From contig JBFGLM010000014.1 in the NCBI GenBank assembly GCA_041576165.1, positions 1-64,000 on the forward strand: 64,000 nt of DNA, written 5' to 3'. This stretch comes from Acidimicrobiia bacterium (GTDB taxonomy: Bacteria; Actinomycetota; Acidimicrobiia; Spongiisociales; Spongiisociaceae). Made by a program: the position numbers and the translations under genes. Shown piece after piece: positions 57,701 through 64,000 of the stretch (its first letter is position 1; the number at the start of each line of letters is the position of its first letter). The notes beneath the pieces are model-generated. The model searched no databases, had not been told where the DNA came from, and saw nothing but the letters and a program-made list of their open reading frames with translations.

Positions 57701-58661
57701 CTGGTTCATTGGGACGGATGTCAATTGGGGACTCGAGCGAGTGAATGGCCAACGGGCTATATCCCATGTACTCACATCGGTTGTGACCCGTTGGGACGCA
57801 GTCGCCTACAACCTGGTCGACGCATACACATCCGGAGAGCTGTCGCCGGGCCCGGTCGAGTACGGAGTCGCCGCGGGAGTGATCGAACTGACGGCTACCG
57901 GGGGCCACCTGGCAGATGTGCGGGCCACGCTGGCCGAAATCGGATCGCGTATTGCCACGGGAGCCACACAGGTAGACCGCGTTCCGGACTCCGTCGTCTC
58001 GGCTCCGGTCGATGCTGGCGTCGTTAGCGATGCACGGGTGCGCTTTGACGGGACGGTCTGTGAGTACGAAGGCCCGCTCGAGGTTGTCGCCGGTAACACC
58101 CTGCGGTTGACGTACGAGAACGATGCAAGTGTGCCTAGCTCCCTTCGATTGCGAGTGTCGGCACTGCAGTCGATCCCGGCCGAGTCCGGTCGCCGGAACG
58201 TGGGATACCTGCGCGTGAACGGAAGCAACCGGAGCATCAGCTGTACGACCGCGGCACGAATGGTCCCAGGACCCAGCCTCGAGCTTGTGAACCACCCGGC
58301 GACTGCGATTGATCACGTCGTCCAAGTGGTCTACGACGGCAGCCAATGCACGCTTCTCGATGGACAAGAGGTCCGCGTTGGATCCCTGGTCGAGTTCGAC
58401 GTTGCCAATCGATCGTCGAAATTCGCTTCATTCCCGGTGTGGCATGCCGCCGACGGTTCGAGCGACCTCCTGAGCGAACCGGGTGGCCGGTTTATCGGGG
58501 ACACCTTCCTCGCTCACATGGATCGTTATTACACCGAAGGGTTGGCTTCGCGGGGCACGTCCGTTCGTTTTGTCGCCCGGATCGACACGGCGGGCGAGCA
58601 TTTCGTGACGTGTTTCAGTGGCGACGAGCCGGGTAACGCCGCATTTGTCGCGACCGATTGA
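54741..58661 (+). CDS. Membrane-spanning SARP regulator: wHTH-BTAD + STAND NTPase + TM + BMP-type solute-binding domain + two C-terminal beta repeats
   Basis: FQILGPLE, LMLALYRSGRQADAL (BTAD); NPYKGLRAF, GASGSGKSS, IDQFEELFT, HEALL..W.RL (nSTAND1-like); TM LWGLGALIIAVAGLAVVVLAL; HEGAYLAGAAAA, FRAGYEQGA, GADVVF, IGTD (BMP). Confidence 0.88.
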   Translation: MQFQILGPLEMTSSGQPVDLGARKQRMLLALLLINANRVVSTDRILESLWGDDAEGKENALWVYVSRLRGVLEPERGKGEQGEVLVTRDHGYQLNVDPDAIDAARFERAAAEGRSLVRDDPERAAGLLATALEEWSGIPLQEFAYEEFAQSELARLEELRVTALEDRIEADLRRGAARDVIADLEALHDQYPLRERPVGQLMLALYRSGRQADALRTFTRYERHLAEELGVEASPELRRLEEQILLHDSRIQASRPTRVAAAHVARAVNPYKGLRAFGEDDASDFYGRERLIADLMRRMGEGQQMLALVGASGSGKSSVVKAGLIPAIRKSDDPGRQSWIVAQMVPGSHPFTELEVALLRSTLDGPESLAEQIRVPDTGILGACLRVLPDPDSRLLLVIDQFEELFTLAEDEAVRRDFLAGLVTAVDDPHGRITVVLTLRADFYHRPLTNPDFGDRLGEAVVNVVPLRPDELETAALKPAQHMGMELEPALLGALIGDVAGQPGALPLYQYALTELFDRRVGNTLTLDAYRASGGVAGALSTRAEDLYARLTVSQRTAAKQLFLRLVTIAETDEWSRRRVPAREILALDLDVLALQAAIDLYAGHRLLTLDRDSTTGSPTVEVGHEALLNEWERLRDWIDAARDDVRRHAALTTSMFEWWESARDPGFLLTGSRLEAYEQWAGQATMQLTKGEREFLAASVEARDTAVEFELERQQLELRAVRSARRRLWGLGALIIAVAGLAVVVLALAPWSTKPVVTAMLRSVDGGGQDAQNMFVRGLESAERDFGIELAVETGPFVDLPAEYDVAVRDTDLFIGSLDTMRSWWPGWTDAEAQRLLAQDSPGTSRAYLGFQTLVPDAASVRLSAHEGAYLAGAAAALNSQSNVIAFIGPVQVEDIESFRAGYEQGARHARPGVRVLSQYVTTTDSEDAAFMPLSPDRWPTTAQAARTADFLIAEGADVVFWVGGVDGGMGVLEAVARANEDAHRVWFIGTDVNWGLERVNGQRAISHVLTSVVTRWDAVAYNLVDAYTSGELSPGPVEYGVAAGVIELTATGGHLADVRATLAEIGSRIATGATQVDRVPDSVVSAPVDAGVVSDARVRFDGTVCEYEGPLEVVAGNTLRLTYENDASVPSSLRLRVSALQSIPAESGRRNVGYLRVNGSNRSISCTTAARMVPGPSLELVNHPATAIDHVVQVVYDGSQCTLLDGQEVRVGSLVEFDVANRSSKFASFPVWHAADGSSDLLSEPGGRFIGDTFLAHMDRYYTEGLASRGTSVRFVARIDTAGEHFVTCFSGDEPGNAAFVATD

Positions 58662-58944
58662 CGCGGGCCGGCGGAGGTGGCCCTGCTGGTGGGTGAGGCA
58701 GTGGTCGTCCTGGCGGCGTTGTCGTCGCCTCCCAGAATCGGGCTCACCACCCCAGCAACCGAGAGCGGTCTCGGAACACTGCTCACCGACGCCCCGCGAA
58801 GAGCCGACGTGACTTCGGCGTCGAGACGTTCGTGGTGGCCCACCGACCGACCGGAAGCGGCAGTCGGGTCGGTTTTCACCGTCGGGACCGGCACCGGATG
58901 ACCGCGGCGCCGAGCCGGTGCGACGTGGTGACCTCGCCGCAGTG

Positions 58945-60447
58945 TCAGCGATATAGCTCAACCGCGAACGGATTGAGTCCACCCGGTCCGCCCGGTGGGT
59001 TGGAGCCGCGCAGGCTTTGAGGGAGCGCCGAATCGGGCAGTACGAATGCCGACATCTGTTTCATGGCGTGCGCGCCGCTACACGGCGCGGGCACGCACGG
59101 TTCACCCGGGCTGTGGAAGACCCAATCGGCGCCCTTCCACGCCGTCGTCTGCAAGTAGATCGCCCGGAACCGCCGGATGTGCAGCCAGCTGCTCCCGGTA
59201 CCCAGGGTCGATTCCCAGAATTCGGGGATATATGCGAACCGGGCTGTGTTGCTTCCCAGGCTCTGGTTGAAGATCACCGCCGAGTAAGAGCCCGCCACGT
59301 ACTCGTCTATGCAGACCTCCATGTGCTGCCAGGAGCGGTTTTGGTCGGGATTTCCGTCCAGGTCCCAGTCCTGCTGCCCCCCGTTGAACGTCGAGGGTGC
59401 GCAGCTGGCGGGGGCATCGTCGGCGGCCGTGGCGGTCGAGGTTCCTCCGTAGTCCGCAGCTGGCGAGATGTAGTGCCAGAGCGGACGGTCGTCCACAGCG
59501 CGGCCGAAGACGGTGGTGGTGGTGGCGCTCTGCGCCAGCCGGGGCGTGTAGCCGCCGGGAACCGGGCCAACCAAGCCCTGCTCAGCGCCGTTGCCCGGGA
59601 AACCGGTGTCGGTGTTGAGCGTGTCGACCAGCGGGTTGTAGCAGAGATCACGAACCTCGTTGGCCACCAGCCCGTCCGTATCGGGGATGATGATGTGGTC
59701 GTAGCCGTGAGCGATGTTTTGGGCGAGCACCTGGGGTGGCGGTGATGCCGAGCACTCCGGGCTGGTCGGTATCAGTGGGTTTCCGAACTTCCTGCCCTTG
59801 AGACTGCCGAAGTTCCCGGACACCGACCCGGTGCACGGGTCCTGGGCGAGCCCGGACGGGCTGGATGACAGACACAGATGACCTGAGCCGGCGCCACTGG
59901 AGATCCCGAACGGCAGGATGCCGCCTGTCCCATTGATCGGACGCAACCGTGACACGGCAAACGCGCCGGTCGCGAGTTCGTCCACGCCGAACAAGCGTCC
60001 GAAGGTCGTATCGATCAGTTGCGTCGGCAGTCGAACCCGCAACAGGCCGCGCGCCGATTCGAAGGACAGGCACCAGTTGGCGGGATCGGTCGGAACCCAG
60101 GTCGCCGGAGCGGGGAGCGCAACGAAATTGAAGCCTCCGTCGTTGCGCTCGGACGCCTGGTCGACGCAGGACTCCCACAGGGACTGCCACTCGGCCGGGG
60201 TGTAAGTGGTCGGGAGGTTGTCCTCGACGTACGCAAGTGCTTCATCCCGCATCGCCGTTCCGCCGTTGAGTGCCGCGACCACGCCGGCCATTGCGCTCAT
60301 GTCGGCTGCGGTCTGATCGGCCCTCCGCTCGTTGAACCCGGCACCGAGGTCGATCGCCAGGGCCGCGAAGCCGAGCAACAGCAGCATTGCGGCCGCCACG
60401 ATGAGGGCCGACGCGCCCCGCTCCTCCCCGAGGCCCCGGGTCAGCAT
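58945..60447 (-). CDS. TadG-like Flp pilus assembly protein
   Basis: ERGASALIVAAAMLLLLGFAALAIDLG...QTAADMSAMAG pseudopilin N-terminus; large Cys-containing exported domain. Confidence 0.82.
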   Translation of the reverse strand: MLTRGLGEERGASALIVAAAMLLLLGFAALAIDLGAGFNERRADQTAADMSAMAGVVAALNGGTAMRDEALAYVEDNLPTTYTPAEWQSLWESCVDQASERNDGGFNFVALPAPATWVPTDPANWCLSFESARGLLRVRLPTQLIDTTFGRLFGVDELATGAFAVSRLRPINGTGGILPFGISSGAGSGHLCLSSSPSGLAQDPCTGSVSGNFGSLKGRKFGNPLIPTSPECSASPPPQVLAQNIAHGYDHIIIPDTDGLVANEVRDLCYNPLVDTLNTDTGFPGNGAEQGLVGPVPGGYTPRLAQSATTTTVFGRAVDDRPLWHYISPAADYGGTSTATAADDAPASCAPSTFNGGQQDWDLDGNPDQNRSWQHMEVCIDEYVAGSYSAVIFNQSLGSNTARFAYIPEFWESTLGTGSSWLHIRRFRAIYLQTTAWKGADWVFHSPGEPCVPAPCSGAHAMKQMSAFVLPDSALPQSLRGSNPPGGPGGLNPFAVELYR

Positions 60448-60866
60448 GTGTGGTTTCCCGTCGCCCACAGAGTGGTGGGCTGTTCGATGCTCACGTTGAC
60501 GGTTGAGCCGAGAGTGGCCGGCATCATCGACGTGACACCGGGGAAGCCGGTGAGCGGAGTCACGTTCACGACAACAGACACCGTGGCCCGACTGCCAACA
60601 GCACCGGGGTCTGTGAAGGAAACAACCGCTCCGGTGGTGGAGTCCATGGCGCCGCAGACGGCCGCTCCCATGCTTGCCACCGAACCCGAATTGGAGGCAG
60701 CGAGCCTGGCTGCTTCGCGGGCCCCGTGACGCACGTCGTTTTGCTGGCTCATGAGCCAGCCGAATTCGGCGATTCCTACCAGCAAAAGAACCAATAGCGG
60801 CATGAGCAGTGCGAATTCGACGAGCGCAGCTCCTCTATCGGGCGAGTCCGGGTTGTCCATCGACAT
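60441..60866 (-). CDS. TadE-like pseudopilin
   Basis: DRGAALVEFALLMPLLVLLLVGIAEFG...AREAARLAA. Confidence 0.9.
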   Translation of the reverse strand: MSMDNPDSPDRGAALVEFALLMPLLVLLLVGIAEFGWLMSQQNDVRHGAREAARLAASNSGSVASMGAAVCGAMDSTTGAVVSFTDPGAVGSRATVSVVVNVTPLTGFPGVTSMMPATLGSTVNVSIEQPTTLWATGNHTC

Positions 60867-61188
60867 GCCTGTCCGAGTGGGGTATTGCGTTCAAGCCCGG
60901 AACGCCGACAGACTAAGCCGACGCTTGCCGTACAGGGTCAAGACGCGCGCAAATATCAAAAATGAGTCGTTTGAATCACTGGGAGCAGTTGCCAGCTGGG
61001 TTGAAGTGGTCGACGCCAAACGGCCGACGGTGGCGGCGACCAGGACGCAATGCGTCGGTCGAGACTCGAACGAGCCAAACTCGGGATAGTTGATCCGCAA
61101 CGTCCATAAGCAGCCCCGGGACGGCGGGCGACCCGGGCTTGCCCCGGCTCTGCTCGCCGGACCTCTCGGCGAACTCGCTCCAAGTTCA

Positions 61189-61206
61189 ATCGAACATATG
61201 TTCGAT
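61189..61206. promoter_or_regulatory. LexA (SOS) box upstream of dnaE2
   Basis: ATCGAACATATGTTCGAT, identical to 40471-40488. Confidence 0.93.
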
Positions 61207-61217
61207 AATTGGATACG

Positions 61218-64000
61218 ATGTCTGACGTGGCGCAGAAGAGAGCAAAGTACGCGGAGTTGCACGCCCATTCGAACTTCTCGTTTCTCGATGGGGCATCGCA
61301 TCCGGAGCGGATCGTTGAGCAGGCAGTGCAACTCGGGCTCGAAGCCCTGGCCGTCACCGATCACGACGGCTTCTACGGGCTCGTCAGGTTTTGGAGCGCG
61401 GCCCGCGAGGCCGGACTCCCGGCCGTGTACGGCGCCGAGATTTCGCTCCCGCCGGGCGGGCCCGACGCCGAACGGGAGGGCCGTGACCTCCCGATCCGCG
61501 CGGCGCAGACCAAAGACGCCACCCGGCCGATCACCAGCGCCGGCGAGTCAGATCGCTGGCGGCGGGGGCGCATCCGCCGTATGCACGGCACCAAACCCGT
61601 CGACCAGGGCTTGGTCGACCACCTGGTACTGCTGGCGCCTTCCCCCGACGGCTACGCCGAACTGTCGAAACTGATCAGCCGGGCCCAGTTCCGGGGCGAG
61701 AAGGACCGACCGATCTACCGCTGGGAGGATCTGGCCGAAGCCGCTACCAAAGGCCGGCTGGTGGCCCTCAGCGGCTGCTGGCAGGGCGCCATCCCCCGCG
61801 CCGCCCAGACCGGCGATGTGGCCGCTACCACCCGGGCCGCCACCCAGCTCAAGGACATCTTCGGCACCCGCCTCCACCTCGAGCTGTGGGACCATCTCAT
61901 GCCCGAGGACGGACCGCGTAATGACCTGATGTGGGAGGTGGCGCGGCAGCTCAAGCTGCCGGTGGTGGCAACCAACAACGTCCACTACGCCGACCGTCAC
62001 GACGCCGACCTGTCCGAAGTCCTCGCCGCCATCGGTGGGCGCCGCACGCTGGTGGAGCAGGATGGGTTCCGCCCGGCCACCGACGAGCGCTACCTGAAGT
62101 CACCCGAGGAGATGGCGGCCCGTTTCGCCCGCTACCCGGGAGCAGTCGAGCGATCGGTTCATCTCGCTCGAGCTCTGACGTTCGATCTGAAGCTGGTCGC
62201 TCCCAAACTGCCGGATTTTCCGATGCCGGGTCACTTCCAGGACGAGATGGAGTACCTGCGCCATCTCACCTTCGAAGGCGCCCTCGACGTGTATCCCGAC
62301 TCGGCCGGTGGGATCGATCCCCGTGCCCGGGACCGGCTCGAGCACGAACTGCAGATCATCGAGAACCTCGGGTTCCCCGGCTATTTCCTGGTGGTGTGGG
62401 ACATCGTCAACTTCGCCCGGGACCAAGACATCTTGTGCCAGATCCGTGGGTCGGGCGCCGACTCGGCGGTGTGCCGCTGTCTGGGACTCACCCGGGTCGA
62501 CCCGATCCGGCTGATGTTGCCGTTCGAGCGGTTCTTGTCAGAAGAACGCGGGCGGCCGCCCGACATCGATCTCGATCTCGAAGCCGAACGGCGCGAGGAG
62601 GTCATCCAGTACTGCTACCGCCGCTATGGGCGGGAGCGGGCCGCCATGGTGGCGAATGTGATCACCTACCGGGCCCGTTCGGTGCTGCGCGACGTCGGCA
62701 AAGCCTTCGGATTCACTCAGGCCCAGGTCGACGGCCTCTCCAAGTACGTCGACAGCCGCAACACTTCCCAGCTCCGCCTCGAGGCGCCCCTGCCGGAAGG
62801 GATGACTGCCGACTTCGTATACGACGTCTGTCACCGGATCGATGGGTTCCCCCGCCATCTGGGGATTCATTCCGGCGGGATGGTGATCGCCGACCGGCCG
62901 CTGTGGCAGGTGGTCCCGATCGAGTGGGGCCGGATGGAGGATCGCACCGTGCTGCAGTGGGACAAGGACGACTGCGCCGCGATCGGGATCGTCAAGTTCG
63001 ACCTGCTCGGCCTCGGCATGCTCAACGCCCTCCACCTCACGGTCGACGCCATCGAGGATGCCCACGGGGTCAAGATCGATCTGGCGACGATCCCCCAGGA
63101 GTCGGCCGTCTACGAGATGATGACCAAGGCCGACACGGTGGGCCTGTTCCAGGTCGAGTCGCGGGCGCAGATGGCAACCCTTCCCCGGATGAAACCGAAG
63201 ACCTTCTACGACCTGGCGGTCGAGGTCGCCCTCATCCGGCCCGGTCCGATCCAGGGGGCGTCCGTCCATCCCTACCTGCGCCGGCGCAATGGCGAGGAGC
63301 CGGTTCGCTACCCCCACCCGCTCACCGAGCCAATCCTCAAAAAGACCCTCGGGGTGCCCGTCTTCCAGGAACAACTCATGGAGCTGGCCCGACTGTGCGC
63401 CGGGTTCGACGGCGGCCAGTCCGACCGGCTGCGGGCCGCGATGACCCACAAACGCTCCGACGAAGCGATGGCCCGGCTGCGGGATGAGGTGTTCGCCGGG
63501 ATGGCCTCCAACGGGGTGACCGGCGCCGCCGCCGAGGAGATCTGGGAGAAGCTGCAGGGATTCGCCAGCTTCGGCTTTCCGGAGAGCCACTCGGTCAGCT
63601 TCGCCTACATCGTGTACATGTCGGCCTGGTTGCGGTACCACTGGCCCGCCGAGTTTCTGGCGGGCCTGTTGAACGCCCAGCCGATGGGCTTCTACAGCCC
63701 CAATTCGCTGGTGCAGGATGCGATCCGCCACGGGGTGGTGGTGCTCGACCCCGACATCAACCTGTCCCGGTACGACTGCACGATCGAACATCACGACGCC
63801 GATCCCGGCGACATCGCCACCTACTACGGCATGCGGTGGCGGCGGGGGAGAGGCGCCATCGACGACCCGATCCGCACGGCGGTGGCGGTGCGGCTTGGGT
63901 TCCGATATGTGCGCAACCTGGGCGACGCCGAGGTCACCCGCATCGAGGTGGCTCGCCAGATCGGCGGGCCGTTTCGGGATCCGATCGACCTATCCCATCG
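61218..64000 (+). CDS. dnaE2: Error-prone DNA polymerase DnaE2 (3' end outside window)
   Basis: YAELHAHSNFSFLDGASHPE, ALAVTDHDG, RGSGADSAVC, PPDIDLD, PRHLGIHSGG, QWDKDD, KFDLLGLG, GFPESHS, LLNAQPMGFY; SOS box; start ATG 61218 or GTG 61227; absent from ORF track. Confidence 0.95.
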   Translation, partial: MSDVAQKRAKYAELHAHSNFSFLDGASHPERIVEQAVQLGLEALAVTDHDGFYGLVRFWSAAREAGLPAVYGAEISLPPGGPDAEREGRDLPIRAAQTKDATRPITSAGESDRWRRGRIRRMHGTKPVDQGLVDHLVLLAPSPDGYAELSKLISRAQFRGEKDRPIYRWEDLAEAATKGRLVALSGCWQGAIPRAAQTGDVAATTRAATQLKDIFGTRLHLELWDHLMPEDGPRNDLMWEVARQLKLPVVATNNVHYADRHDADLSEVLAAIGGRRTLVEQDGFRPATDERYLKSPEEMAARFARYPGAVERSVHLARALTFDLKLVAPKLPDFPMPGHFQDEMEYLRHLTFEGALDVYPDSAGGIDPRARDRLEHELQIIENLGFPGYFLVVWDIVNFARDQDILCQIRGSGADSAVCRCLGLTRVDPIRLMLPFERFLSEERGRPPDIDLDLEAERREEVIQYCYRRYGRERAAMVANVITYRARSVLRDVGKAFGFTQAQVDGLSKYVDSRNTSQLRLEAPLPEGMTADFVYDVCHRIDGFPRHLGIHSGGMVIADRPLWQVVPIEWGRMEDRTVLQWDKDDCAAIGIVKFDLLGLGMLNALHLTVDAIEDAHGVKIDLATIPQESAVYEMMTKADTVGLFQVESRAQMATLPRMKPKTFYDLAVEVALIRPGPIQGASVHPYLRRRNGEEPVRYPHPLTEPILKKTLGVPVFQEQLMELARLCAGFDGGQSDRLRAAMTHKRSDEAMARLRDEVFAGMASNGVTGAAAEEIWEKLQGFASFGFPESHSVSFAYIVYMSAWLRYHWPAEFLAGLLNAQPMGFYSPNSLVQDAIRHGVVVLDPDINLSRYDCTIEHHDADPGDIATYYGMRWRRGRGAIDDPIRTAVAVRLGFRYVRNLGDAEVTRIEVARQIGGPFRDPIDLSH

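Noticed and set aside
58677-58901. 74-aa ORF after the SARP gene
   Set aside because: Has a GGAGG nearby but no recognisable motif; cannot be supported as a gene.

Overview
GC-rich actinobacterial chromosome segment; SLH protein, short EF-Ts and gene content suggest class Acidimicrobiia (inference). The first ~36.5 kb is the conserved block trmD-rplS-lepB-DUF2469-yraN-[accessory insert]-comM-dprA-[SLH protein]-xerC-whiG/fliA-rpsB-tsf-pyrH-frr-cdsA-dxr-rseP-ispG-proS-rimP-nusA-infB-DUF503-rbfA-nrnA-truB-ribF-rpsO-pnp. The remaining ~27.5 kb is accessory. It holds an Fpg/Nei-like glycosylase, an ECF sigma/anti-sigma pair flanked by secreted low-complexity proteins, two AlkZ/YcaQ-type glycosylases and an arginine-to-ornithine catabolic unit. 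It also holds a 1306-aa membrane-spanning SARP-STAND-BMP regulator, orphan tadE/tadG genes and a mutasome split into imuA-imuB and dnaE2 about 18.6 kb apart, each part with an identical perfect LexA box. Two real genes are missing from the ORF track because they run off the ends: an acidic protein at <1..1866 (-) and dnaE2 at 61218..>64000. No rRNA, tRNA, CRISPR array, transposase or prophage was seen. The best candidates for undescribed biology are (i) the transmembrane SARP/STAND sensor with 11-bp-phased repeats facing a secreted hydrolase, (ii) a ~100-nt hairpin RNA with an anti-Shine-Dalgarno loop behind an ECF-like promoter motif that recurs 43 kb away, and (iii) the ECF module with Asp-periodic secreted proteins. 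All calls come from reading motifs by eye; no database searches were run.
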